38,300 nt of DNA from Polyangiales bacterium (GTDB taxonomy: Bacteria > Myxococcota_A > Polyangia > Polyangiales > JADJMO01): assembly GCA_046593995.1 (NCBI GenBank), contig JBKJQC010001239.1:1-38300 (forward strand), written 5' to 3'. Each line of letters opens with the position of its first letter. Positions within the stretch are counted from its first letter, which is position 1. Below the pieces are notes generated by a model, which ran no database searches, had not been told where the DNA came from, and was given only the letters and a program-made list of their open reading frames with translations. Positions 1 through 8,253 of the stretch are shown one piece after another. The position numbers were made by a program, and so were the translations under genes.

Positions 1-409
1 CACCGAAGTCTCCTTGACCGAGGCCTCCCTGACCGAGGCCTCCCTGACCGAGGCCACTGTCACCGAAGTCTCTTTCACCGAACTCGGCGCCAACGTCGAT
101 GCCGAACGCGCCGCGCCCGCCGATTGCGTCCAATAGATCACGCATCTCCTTGATGCGAAGTCTGCCGTTGTGCCAGTTGCGTTTGAAGCGATCGATCTCT
201 TTCTGGTTCCAGTCCACCCAAGGCGTCGGCCAGATGCGGCCGTTCGGGTTTCTCGGATCCGGAAGTCCTTGTGACAGGTCACCGCGAAGCCGGTCGATAT
301 CTCGACCCCAAGCGTCTACGTCCGCCTCAAGGTCGCGGATGTCCACCGTCAAACCGTCGATGATCGAGCGCTTGATATCGATGGGATCGACTTCGGGTCC
401 GACGGGCAT
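1..409 (-). CDS. hypothetical protein with C-terminal GLGQG repeats; 3' end cut by the window edge
   Basis: Absent from the ORF track because it runs off the window. The ATG at 409-407 has GGAGG (revcomp of 415-419) 5 nt upstream. My hand translation MPVGPEVDPIDIKRSIIDGLTVDIRDLEADVDAWGRDIDRLRGDLSQGLPDPRNPNGRIWPTPWVDWNQKEIDRFKRNWHNGRLRIKEMRDLLDAIGGRGAFGIDVGAEFGERDFGDSGLGQGGLGQGGLGQGDFG has no stop down to position 1. No family recognised. Confidence 0.55.
   Translation of the reverse strand, partial: MPVGPEVDPIDIKRSIIDGLTVDIRDLEADVDAWGRDIDRLRGDLSQGLPDPRNPNGRIWPTPWVDWNQKEIDRFKRNWHNGRLRIKEMRDLLDAIGGRGAFGIDVGAEFGERDFGDSGLGQGGLGQGGLGQGDFG
15..55. repeat. 15-bp tandem repeat, about 2.7 copies
   Basis: TGACCGAGGCCTCCC occurs identically at 15-29 and 30-44, followed by 11 nt of a third copy at 45-55. 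It encodes the GLGQG repeats of the minus-strand CDS. Confidence 0.9.
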
Positions 410-443
410 AGTGACCTCCGGTTCTTGGTCTCTGCATTTCTCG

Positions 444-1286
444 CTACGACTGGAGCACACACCTGAATCCGACAAACCGATCTACGCTGGTGGGCTCAAG
501 CAGAGATCTTCGAGAGCCGATCATGTCGCTCGCCGTGTGGCGCGCGGTACCTCCGCGAACCTCACGCGCCGCGGCGGTACCGTCGGTCACCCACTCCTGA
601 GCGTTTCCCACCAGATCGACGATCCCTTGAAGAGAAGCTCCGGAAACGAACAGTGCAATCGGGCACAGTGAAGCCTGATCGAAACAAGCGCGGCCCTCCG
701 GTGCGGCGTTCCCCCATGGGTGCCGAAACGCGGCGTTCGCACTCCGGCTTGCCCACTCGTACTCGCGCCCTGACGGCAGCCGTCGTCCGAGCGACACGCA
801 ATAACGGTCCGCTTCGGCGAACTTGATGCACGTCATCGGCAGGAGATCATCCTTGGCGTCGCCAAGGCCACACCCCTGCGTTTGAGCGGGCACCGGAGCA
901 CATGCGCCGGACGCGACGCACGCTCGATACGACCCCCGCGTCGCTTCGCTCTGGTCCATGCAAAAAGACGAAATGGGAGTGACCTGCACTTCACTAGCGG
1001 CACGGAATACCCCCCCCGGAACGAAGGCCATCCCGGCGGGACACACTCCGGCTGGATTGGCAGGCGAGGGTAGCAATTTCTTCGGGATTATTGGGGTAAA
1101 TGAGGGCGCGGCGGAAGCGGACCCGGGCGGCGACGGTGCGGACGACACGCTGCGACCCGCGAAGGTTGATAGTACGGTCAATCCAACGAGCACAGATATC
1201 GACACGCCGCGGTTTGCCACGCGCGAAGCGTAACGCCCGAGCGGACGCACTGCCAGGCGACTCTGAACGCTGGGGCATGTGACCAT
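444..1286 (-). CDS. FGE-sulfatase (SUMF1-like) domain protein with N-terminal hydrophobic anchor or signal
   Basis: The C-terminal ~200 aa of track ORF 444..1814 have the FGE-sulfatase layout (GMAFVPGGVF, RLPSGREYEWA, GNAQEWV, VGFRCV). I place the start at ATG 1286 (MVTCPSVQ...), which is followed by the hydrophobic stretch VSISVLVGLTVLSTFAG. The 176 upstream codons of the track ORF lie antisense to the integrase remnant and look like shadow. The next gene starts 34 nt downstream at 409. Confidence 0.75.
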   Translation of the reverse strand: MVTCPSVQSRLAVRPLGRYASRVANRGVSISVLVGLTVLSTFAGRSVSSAPSPPGSASAAPSFTPIIPKKLLPSPANPAGVCPAGMAFVPGGVFRAASEVQVTPISSFCMDQSEATRGSYRACVASGACAPVPAQTQGCGLGDAKDDLLPMTCIKFAEADRYCVSLGRRLPSGREYEWASRSANAAFRHPWGNAAPEGRACFDQASLCPIALFVSGASLQGIVDLVGNAQEWVTDGTAAAREVRGGTARHTASDMIGSRRSLLEPTSVDRFVGFRCVLQS

Positions 1287-1343
1287 GCCCGCCGACACAT
1301 CGCGCAGGCGGTCCACCGGCTGCTCACGATCGCGGCCTACCCG

Positions 1344-2028
1344 ATGCGCGAGATCACCACGAGCCCGCTGCCGAAAGGCTGGCTCCCGCGTGTCGAGGTG
1401 ACCGCCGCCCGCACGCACCTCTACCCCGACGAGGATCGTCGACTTCTCGGAGCCGTCAACATCCCCCTCGTGTACCGGTTCCTCTACGGCTTCCTCGCGC
1501 GAGAAGGGCTCCGCGCTGGTGAGGCGCTCGCCCTCGAACGTCGGGATCTCGACCTCGAACGTGGTGCGCTCGTTCTCGACCGGAACAAGACCCACGACCC
1601 TCGGTCGTGGAAGCTCTCGCCGGGAGTGGCACGCGCCTGCACGATCTGGTTCGACAAGATCCGCCCCACGACGGACGCACGCACCACCATCTTCACCGAG
1701 GACGACGGCGAGCCCATCGACCGCTACGAACTCGCCCAGCGTCTCCGTGAGCACCTCAAGCTCGCGGGCGTCGCACGGGAGGTGCTGTTCGAGCGCAGCG
1801 ACACTCGACCCCATCCGTGTTCACGACCTTCGGGCGACCTTCGTCACGACGGCGCTCGCGAACGACCGGACGGAGGCATGGGTGTCCGCGCGAACGGGAC
1901 ATCGGTCGTCACAGATGATCGCGCGCTACCGACGCATCGCCCAGTCCGTAGCCGAGTTGACCCTCGGCGACCTCGACGCGCTCGACGCGGCCATCCCGGA
2001 GTTCCGCACGGACGACCCTGTGTCGTGA
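1344..2028 (+). pseudogene. tyrosine recombinase (phage-type integrase) remnant, N-terminally truncated and frameshifted
   Basis: The catalytic-domain sequence is split over two frames. Frame of ORF 1344..2117 gives ...FLAREGLRAGEALALERRDLD...EVLFERSD. Frame of ORF 1519..2028 gives LDPIRVHDLRATFVTTALANDRTEAWVSARTGHRSSQMIARYRR, which carries the R, HxxR, H and Y catalytic positions. The frame switch is near 1800-1806. The upstream frame is open back to a TAG at 1170-1172 but has no start codon, and the arm/core-binding domain is missing. The remnant abuts the 3' end of tRNA-Arg. Confidence 0.75.
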
Positions 2029-2029
2029 A

Positions 2030-2060
2030 GTTGTCGTGGAACCTGTCGTGCCACGACAAC
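2030..2060. terminator. perfect 10-bp inverted repeat hairpin between the integrase remnant and the tRNA 3' end
   Basis: GTTGTCGTGG (2030-2039), an 11-nt loop, then CCACGACAAC (2051-2060). It starts 2 nt after the TGA at 2026-2028 and has no U tract. It could be a bidirectional terminator or part of an att region. Confidence 0.4.
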
Positions 2061-2078
2061 CAAACACGAAATACTCTG

Positions 2079-2152
2079 CGCGCTCGGCGCGACTCGAACG
2101 CGCGACCAACGGCTTAGAAGGCCGCCGCTCTATCCAGCTGAGCTACGAGCGC
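2079..2152 (-). tRNA. tRNA-Arg, anticodon UCU
   Basis: Hand-folded 74-nt cloverleaf. Acceptor GCGCTCG/CGAGCGC. D stem GCTC/GAGC with loop AGCTGGATA. Anticodon stem GCGGC/GCCGT with loop CT-TCT-AA. 5-nt variable loop TGGTC. T stem GCGCG/CGCGC with loop TTCGAGT. Discriminator G. CCA is not encoded. Confidence 0.88.
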
Positions 2153-2272
2153 CTGTTCCGGGGCGCGGCAGACTAGCACTCGGCTGTGAGGATCGTCCCT
2201 GGTTCGGTCACCTTTCGTGGCTCGGACGCTCCCGGCGCGACCGTTGCACCTCTTCCAGGCCGAGGTGTCGGT

Positions 2273-3643
2273 ATGCACAGGGTGACTCGTAGTTGGAACG
2301 TCCCGCTCGGCCTCGCGCTGTTCGGGAGCACAGTGCTCGTGGGTGGGGCGATCCTCGCGTATCCGCAGATCAGCTCTGCACCCAGCACGGTCGACGTCGG
2401 TGATCCCATCGCGACGAGGCCGTTCCCGTCGTTCCCTGATGAAGTGCCGAGCGTCGCCGGCAACCATCGGGCGCCCCCTCCCTACGCACCAATCTCGCCG
2501 CGGCCACCGCTCGCAGCGTCGACGGGCGTCTCGGCCGCACCCCCGACGGAAGCCACGCCGCTTCCTGCGAACGCGCCGCCGCCCCTGTCCGCGCCCACCG
2601 CACTGGGTGGCGGGCCGCGCGCGGAAGAAGGAGGGGAGCGCGCGGAGACGCCCTCGGCGACCAACGTTCCGCAGACGACCTCTACGCCGGTGAACACGCC
2701 TGCGTCCGTGGCGAACACGCCTGCGTCCGTGGCGACGGGTGCCACATCTCCGCCGAGCACGCCCGCGACGACGGGCGCGCTCACGACCAAGGGCGGCACG
2801 AAGATCGAGAACACCACCCCGTACGTCGTGCCGATCTATGGCGGGGGTCCGCTCGGTCCTCCGCCTGGACCGCAGCCTACACCCACCGTTGGTGGCGCCA
2901 CGGGTGATACGCCCCTCTGGACGAGCGGCGCAGGCACCGCGGGCGCCGGCGGCAGCAATGGTGGCAGTAGTGGCAGTAATGCCGGCGTCGTCAATCCCAC
3001 GCCGGCGATCACCGCGCCGCTCTTGGTGCCGATGCACGGTACGGCGGGCGCCGAGACGTACTGGACGTCGATCTCGCCGTTCCTCCGCTCGGGTGATCTC
3101 GTCATCGCGCGGACGTCGACGGCCGACGCACTGGGATTTTCCGAGCGCGTCCGCGTCGACGCTCCGCTCGTGGGCTACGTGGTCGCGTTCGATCAAGCGG
3201 GGCCGCTCACTGCGGCGCTCGGCACCGGTCTGCCCGCGGCGGTTGCGGGCGTCGGCCTCTCGTCGACCGATGGGCTCTCCGAGCCGGCGTTCAACGACCT
3301 GGCGACGAAGGTGCACGCGGCAGGGAAGAAGCTCTTCGTGTCGACGACGCTCCCCTCACACGGCTTGTCGCTCGCGGCGATCGGAGCCCGCGCCGACGTC
3401 GTCGAGCTCGTCGTCCCGGGCGCGAACGCCACTGCGACCACGCAGGCGGTGATGGGCGCGAAGCAGGCGATGGGGAACAAGCCCACGATCTTCGTCCGCC
3501 TCCCCGATGCGGTCGCAGGCAGCGGCGCGATGGCCGCACGCGCGACGGGCGAGATCACGACTGCGCTCCCGAGCGCGGGCGTGTCGCTCCCGACCTCGAC
3601 GAACGCGTCGCAGCTCCTCTCGGACATGCGCGCGACGCCGTAA
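2273..3643 (+). CDS. hypothetical membrane-anchored protein with a Pro/Thr/Ala-rich linker and an uncharacterised C-terminal domain
   Basis: Taken from track ORF 2186..3643, started at ATG 2273 (MHRVTRSWNVPLGLALFGSTVLVGGAILAY, a TM-like helix) with GAGGTG about 6 nt upstream. GC3 is strongly biased in this frame. It contains a perfect 21-bp tandem duplication at 2693-2713/2714-2734 (NTPASVA x2). No family recognised for the C-terminal ~200 aa. Confidence 0.65.
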   Translation: MHRVTRSWNVPLGLALFGSTVLVGGAILAYPQISSAPSTVDVGDPIATRPFPSFPDEVPSVAGNHRAPPPYAPISPRPPLAASTGVSAAPPTEATPLPANAPPPLSAPTALGGGPRAEEGGERAETPSATNVPQTTSTPVNTPASVANTPASVATGATSPPSTPATTGALTTKGGTKIENTTPYVVPIYGGGPLGPPPGPQPTPTVGGATGDTPLWTSGAGTAGAGGSNGGSSGSNAGVVNPTPAITAPLLVPMHGTAGAETYWTSISPFLRSGDLVIARTSTADALGFSERVRVDAPLVGYVVAFDQAGPLTAALGTGLPAAVAGVGLSSTDGLSEPAFNDLATKVHAAGKKLFVSTTLPSHGLSLAAIGARADVVELVVPGANATATTQAVMGAKQAMGNKPTIFVRLPDAVAGSGAMAARATGEITTALPSAGVSLPTSTNASQLLSDMRATP

Positions 3644-3649
3644 TCGGCG

Positions 3650-4579
3650 CTACGCGCGGAAGGTGAGGGCTCCCGGGAGGATGCTCGCGCGGATCGGCAA
3701 CCGTCCGGGCGCCTCGCCGTCGACGTCCAGCAGCACCGACCCCCACGGGTGCACGGGCTCTGCCTCGATCACGCGACCGCTCCCGACCGACACGCCGAGC
3801 TCGCCGAGGTGAGAGCCCTGGTAGATCTTCGCCGAGAGCTGGATGATCTCGGTGCGCGAGAGATCCCCGAGCGCGACGACCTCGAAGCGGCCGTCCCCCG
3901 GATCGGCGTGCGGCGCGATCTTCATCCCGCCGCCGAAGTAGCGGCCGTTCGCGATGGCGACGTTGAAGATCTTGCCCTCGTAGAACGGGATCGAATCGAT
4001 GCGGATCCGCACGTCCATGTTCTTGAATGTCGCGAGCGAGCGGAGCGTCGCGAGGAAGAAGACGGCTTTGCCGCCCATCCACTTGGGCGAGTCGTTGACG
4101 AGCTGATCGACGACCCCGCCGACCCCGAACGACGCGATGTTGACGAAGGCCCGCACGATCGGGCGGCCGTCGTGCGCGATCATCGAGAGCGCGCCGAGAT
4201 CGATCGAGCGCCGACCCCCGAAGCGGATCTTCGCGGCGGCCTCCTCGATCGAGCCCGAGAGATCGAGCGTCTTGCGGAAGTCGCCGCCGGAGCCGCTCGG
4301 GAGGAGCGCGAGATCCGGCCCGACGACCGCTTCGCCGCGTTCGTCGAGGTACGCCTGCGAGACCTCGTTCAGCGTGCCGTCCCCGCCGACGACCGCGATG
4401 CACTCGACGTCGGTGCCGAACGCCGCGCGCGCGAGCTCGCTCGCGTGACCGGCGCGGGTCGTGGTCGCGAGCTCGTAGGAGAGGCCGTGCCTCCGCAGTC
4501 CGCGCTCGATCTCGGGGAGCTTCTTGCCGGTCGCACCGCCGCGCGACCGCGGGTTCGCGATGACCAGGATCCGGCTCAT
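3650..4579 (-). CDS. diacylglycerol-kinase-like lipid kinase (DAGK catalytic domain, YegS/BmrU-like)
   Basis: 309 aa. The N-terminus MSRILVIANPRSRGG, the GGDGT motif (VVGGDGTLNEV) and the overall layout are typical of the DAGK_cat family. Its ATG overlaps the upstream kinase's TGA (ATGA at 4576-4579). Confidence 0.88.
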   Translation of the reverse strand: MSRILVIANPRSRGGATGKKLPEIERGLRRHGLSYELATTTRAGHASELARAAFGTDVECIAVVGGDGTLNEVSQAYLDERGEAVVGPDLALLPSGSGGDFRKTLDLSGSIEEAAAKIRFGGRRSIDLGALSMIAHDGRPIVRAFVNIASFGVGGVVDQLVNDSPKWMGGKAVFFLATLRSLATFKNMDVRIRIDSIPFYEGKIFNVAIANGRYFGGGMKIAPHADPGDGRFEVVALGDLSRTEIIQLSAKIYQGSHLGELGVSVGSGRVIEAEPVHPWGSVLLDVDGEAPGRLPIRASILPGALTFRA

Positions 4580-6249
4580 CTCGCACCACGAGGGCCACCC
4601 GGGGCGGGCGGCCGCACGCTGGTCACGCCTTGGAGGAACATCGCCGCCGCCATCGACAAGAGCTCTAGCTCACGGTGGAGCGTCGCCATCGCAGCAGCTT
4701 CCCCTTCCAATCCCGCCATGGTCCGTTGCACCTGATCCTCGTGGAGGTTGTTCCGTCGGAAGAGCTCGTCCTGGAGCGCGCCGATCTGTTGGCCGAGATC
4801 TTCGTGGATCGCCTTTGCCTTGCGCAGCTCGGCGTCGATCGAGGCCTCTTCCCAGAGGATCGCGTCGGCGACCCCGGGGTCTTTCGCGTGACGACGACGA
4901 AGGTGGAGCTGCGCGCGCTCGGAGAGGAGCTCCTGCACGCGGGCGTGCTCCTTCGACAGATCGCGCGCGAGATGATCGATCGCGTTGCCCATGGTGGCGC
5001 GGAACTCGCGCGCCTCCGTCTCGGTCTCGTCGAGCGTGCGCTGGGTCTGCGCGACGATGTACGCGACGCGCTCGATCCCTTCGGTGAGGAGCATGGCGCG
5101 ATGGAAGTCGTCGGCAGTGCCCGGAGGCAACACGATCTTCGACCGCTCGATGCGCGCCTCGATCGCCCTCCAGTGCGCGTGCCACGCAGACACGAGCGAC
5201 GCCGGGGTGACCGTGCCGAGCCGAGGCGCCGGAGGCACTCCGGGCGCGTGCGAGGAAGGAGGCGCGGGATCGTCCTCGATCGTCGCGACCTCGATCTGTG
5301 GCGCGACCTCCGCCCGATCCTGCGGGGCGAGCGGGTCCGACGCGCGGATCCCGGACGACAGCGCGGCGCGCGACAGCTCGTCGAGGAAGGCGAACGCGTC
5401 GTTCGGCCGCTCGTCGGCGCGGCGGCGGAGGCAGCGCATCACCACGGCCTCGAGCTGCGGCGGCACCCCACGCACGCGCTGGCCGAGCGGGATCGGCTCC
5501 TCGACGAGCGGCTTGGTGAGCAGATCCGCTTCGCTCGTGCCGTCGAACGGCATCATGCCGCTGAGCGCGGCGTAGAGGACGACGCCGAGCGAGTACAGAT
5601 CGGCGCGCCCGTCGATCGCCGTCTCGCCGAGCAGGTACTCGGGCGCGATGTACCCGGCGGTGCCGAACACGTGATCGGAGCTCGCGTTCCCGCGCGTCCG
5701 CTGCGCGATCTTCGCGACGCCGAAGTCCGTCAGCTTGACGAGATCGTCCTCGTTCTTCCGTTGGACGAGGAGGATGTTCTCCGGCTTGATGTCGCGGTGG
5801 ATGATCCCAGTCTGGTGTGCGCGCGCGAGGGCAGACCCGATCTGGATGGCGATGTTGAGCGCGCGCGACGGTGACAGCACCGAGCGCCCGAGCGCCGAGA
5901 GCAGCGACTCGCCTGGCACGTACTCCATCACGAGGTAGACGATGTTCCGTCGCACCCCGGGCTGGAGGGTGAGGAGGGCCTCGCCGTAGTCGGAGATCTC
6001 GACGATGTTCGGATGGTTGATCCGATTCACGGCGCGCGCTTCGCGGAGGAACGTCTCGGCGTAGACGCTCGGCTCCCCGACGGGCTCCGACGGCGCGAGC
6101 CCGTCTTCGAGCACCTTGATCGCGGAGAGCCGCTCGATGAGCACGTGGCGCGCGAGGTAGACGGACGACATCCCGCCCGTCCCGAGGCGGGCGATCAGCC
6201 GATAGCGACCGGCGAGCGTCCTACCGAGGAGCGGATCGTCTTCCACCAT
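4576..6249 (-). CDS. eukaryotic-like Ser/Thr protein kinase with a ~270-aa C-terminal helical/coiled-coil region
   Basis: 557 aa. Hanks motifs present: GTGGMSSVY..AIK, HRDIKPENILL, DFG, GYIAPE. The C-terminal half is Ala/Glu/Arg/Leu-rich with no second recognisable domain. Confidence 0.9.
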   Translation of the reverse strand: MVEDDPLLGRTLAGRYRLIARLGTGGMSSVYLARHVLIERLSAIKVLEDGLAPSEPVGEPSVYAETFLREARAVNRINHPNIVEISDYGEALLTLQPGVRRNIVYLVMEYVPGESLLSALGRSVLSPSRALNIAIQIGSALARAHQTGIIHRDIKPENILLVQRKNEDDLVKLTDFGVAKIAQRTRGNASSDHVFGTAGYIAPEYLLGETAIDGRADLYSLGVVLYAALSGMMPFDGTSEADLLTKPLVEEPIPLGQRVRGVPPQLEAVVMRCLRRRADERPNDAFAFLDELSRAALSSGIRASDPLAPQDRAEVAPQIEVATIEDDPAPPSSHAPGVPPAPRLGTVTPASLVSAWHAHWRAIEARIERSKIVLPPGTADDFHRAMLLTEGIERVAYIVAQTQRTLDETETEAREFRATMGNAIDHLARDLSKEHARVQELLSERAQLHLRRRHAKDPGVADAILWEEASIDAELRKAKAIHEDLGQQIGALQDELFRRNNLHEDQVQRTMAGLEGEAAAMATLHRELELLSMAAAMFLQGVTSVRPPAPGGPRGAR

Positions 6250-6312
6250 GTCGCGTGAGGCCGAGCGTCCAACAGGTCGCGGCGCGAGTCGAGACCTGCG
6301 CCGAGAGACCGA

Positions 6313-6840
6313 CTACTTGATGACGGTCGTCTCGAACTGCATGTTCTTCTTGCCGGGCGTGAGGACCGTCGTCTGCTCGCCGAGGAGGCCCACGTCGCCG
6401 TTGGCGCGCTCTTCGTCGTAGAGGTACCAGGGGCCGGACCCTTGGTCGTTCTTCCAGGTCTGGCGGACCACCGTCGTGCGGAGGACGCCCTCTACGGGTC
6501 GGAACCAACCGAACCCGACCAGGATGATGGCCTCGGAGTCGGTGATCTTCTCGATCCCGCCGTACTCGACCTCGACGATGCGGACGTCGCCGCCCCACAG
6601 TTTGTGGCGCTTGATGAACGCTGCGCGGGCCGACGGCGCGACGCGCTCCGTCGCGATGTCCGTCCGGCCGAAGCGCGCGGCCATGTTCACTTCCTGGACC
6701 GTGTCGTCGAGCTTCCCGCGCGGAGTCATGTGACTCATGCATCCGGCGAGCAGCAACCCGAACGCTGCATGCGAATACGGACGGCGGAGCTCACGCGACA
6801 AGAAGTCGCGAACCCAGGTGCGGAAGCGCGCGTACGACAT
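6313..6840 (-). CDS. putative lipoprotein, function unknown
   Basis: This is the C-terminal 175 codons of track ORF 6313..7236, started at ATG 6840 (MSYARFRTW...). Canonical lipobox LLLAGC. The sequence upstream of this start is Arg-rich and overlaps the receiver gene on the other strand. Confidence 0.6.
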   Translation of the reverse strand: MSYARFRTWVRDFLSRELRRPYSHAAFGLLLAGCMSHMTPRGKLDDTVQEVNMAARFGRTDIATERVAPSARAAFIKRHKLWGGDVRIVEVEYGGIEKITDSEAIILVGFGWFRPVEGVLRTTVVRQTWKNDQGSGPWYLYDEERANGDVGLLGEQTTVLTPGKKNMQFETTVIK

Positions 6841-6966
6841 GCATCGTCCACTACGGGTCGGCGCATGCGCGGGCCAAGTTCGCTCGCGACAACTGGCCGA
6901 CACGTTCGCGGCGCCGCGGACTCCAACGTTGAACGGGTCTCCCTTCGGAGCCCGAAAGGCGGCACC

Positions 6967-7332
6967 GTGGGCCGAGTACTCCTCCTCGAAGACGACGACG
7001 ATCTGCGGGAAGTCATGCGGGATCTGCTCCGCTTCGGCTGCCGCGCGTCCTGCGTGGAATGTGGCTCGTACGACGAGCTCGTCACCCATCCCGACGAGGC
7101 GCTCGCGTGCGATCTCGCTCTGCTCGACGTGAACCTCGGACCGGACTCGCCGAGCGGGATCGACGCGTACCGTTGGCTGCGCGACCACGCGTTCCACGGG
7201 CGCATCCGCTTCCTCACGGGACACGCGCGCACCCACCCGCTCGTGGAAGAGGCGTGTCGCATCGCGGACGCGGTGGTGCTCGAGAAGCCGATCGACGCGA
7301 ACGTGCTGAGGCAGCTCGCAGCAGGGGGATGA
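6967..7332 (+). CDS. stand-alone response-regulator receiver domain (CheY-like)
   Basis: This is the C-terminal 121 codons of track ORF 6442..7332, started at in-frame GTG 6967 (VGRVLLLEDDDD). Receiver signature positions are present: acidic pair EDDDD, phospho-acceptor context LALLDVNL, FLTGH, and LEKP. No output domain. Confidence 0.78.
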   Translation: MGRVLLLEDDDDLREVMRDLLRFGCRASCVECGSYDELVTHPDEALACDLALLDVNLGPDSPSGIDAYRWLRDHAFHGRIRFLTGHARTHPLVEEACRIADAVVLEKPIDANVLRQLAAGG

Positions 7333-8246
7333 GCATGCGGCGTGAGAGACCGCCCGAGAGCCTCGACCCTCGCGTTCAGCGAGAGGAGGCGCGCTGGAAC
7401 TGGCAGATGGCCATGACGGCAGCCGTCCTGCTCGCGGCAGGCCAGGCCGGCTATGCCCTTCTGGAGGTCCCGATCGTCGGGGTGCATCCGATGGTCGATC
7501 TCCGCATGGCGCACGTCCTCCTCAACATGGTCGTGGTCGGCCTGCTCTGGCAGCGGAGAGATCGCCCGACCACCCCGTTCGTGGTCGCGGCGTACTTCGT
7601 CGTGGCGCTACCGCTCCTCCCGATCATGTGGATCGCCGAGGTGAAGCGCGCGGCCGCCGGCCTCCCTTGGACACCGTTCACCGGCTTCAAGTTCGTGCTC
7701 CTGCCGGCTGCGTTGATGACGCCCGGTCCGCTCTATCTCGCGCTCGGGCTGACCGCAGCGATCGGGATCGAGGCCGTGATCGAGTACTTCGTCATGGACT
7801 TCGCCGCGAACCCGATGGCCGCGCCGGGCGAGCCCGCGCAGACGGTCGTGTTCACGTTGGTCGCTTGCGGCACCATCTACTACCGACTGCGCACCCACCG
7901 CACCGAGCTCGCTGCCGCGCGCGTACGCGCAGAGGCCGCGGCATTCCAGCGACTCGCGACGCTCTTCCTCGCGCTCCGTGACGGCACCGGCACACCGCTG
8001 CAAACGCTCGAGATCGGCACGGCGCTCCTCCGCGACGGCATGGGCGACTGCACGGCGACGGTGGCCCGGATGCAGCGCGCGATCGAGCAACTGCGCGACA
8101 TCCAACGGTCCGTCGCCCACTGCGAGGAGCTCGTCCAGAAGACGAGCAACGTTGCCTCGTTCGACGCCCGCGCGACCCTCGCGTCACTCGAAGAGGACTA
8201 CCGCCAGTTCGCGGAGTCGCAGCCTCACCCGCCGCAACACGGCTGA
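7329..8246 (+). CDS. polytopic membrane protein with a degenerate HisKA/DHp-like C-terminal helix and no ATPase domain
   Basis: In the frame of track ORF 7059..8246, started at ATG 7329 (MSMRRERPP), which overlaps the receiver's TGA (ATGA at 7329-7332). It has 5-6 hydrophobic helices, then FLALRDGTGTPLQTLEIGTALL. That resembles the H-box FxxxxSHELRTPL, but Asp/Gly sit where the phospho-His is expected. The protein ends about 70 aa later. Confidence 0.68.
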   Translation: MSMRRERPPESLDPRVQREEARWNWQMAMTAAVLLAAGQAGYALLEVPIVGVHPMVDLRMAHVLLNMVVVGLLWQRRDRPTTPFVVAAYFVVALPLLPIMWIAEVKRAAAGLPWTPFTGFKFVLLPAALMTPGPLYLALGLTAAIGIEAVIEYFVMDFAANPMAAPGEPAQTVVFTLVACGTIYYRLRTHRTELAAARVRAEAAAFQRLATLFLALRDGTGTPLQTLEIGTALLRDGMGDCTATVARMQRAIEQLRDIQRSVAHCEELVQKTSNVASFDARATLASLEEDYRQFAESQPHPPQHG

Positions 8247-8253
8247 AGGAAGT

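Noticed and set aside
444-1814. Over-long starts in the track for otherwise real genes: 444..1814, 2186..3643, 6313..7236, 6442..7332, 7059..8246, 8254..8703, 8486..9970, 10156..11586, 30742..31182, 34608..35543, 35258..36457 and 36458..37573.
   Set aside because: In each case the N-terminal extension is Arg-rich or compositionally aberrant and overlaps a neighbouring gene. An internal ATG or GTG gives a sensible N-terminus (signal peptide, lipobox, receiver beta1, or a conserved family N-terminus), often with an SD-like sequence or stop/start coupling. I trimmed the starts accordingly, and they remain predictions.
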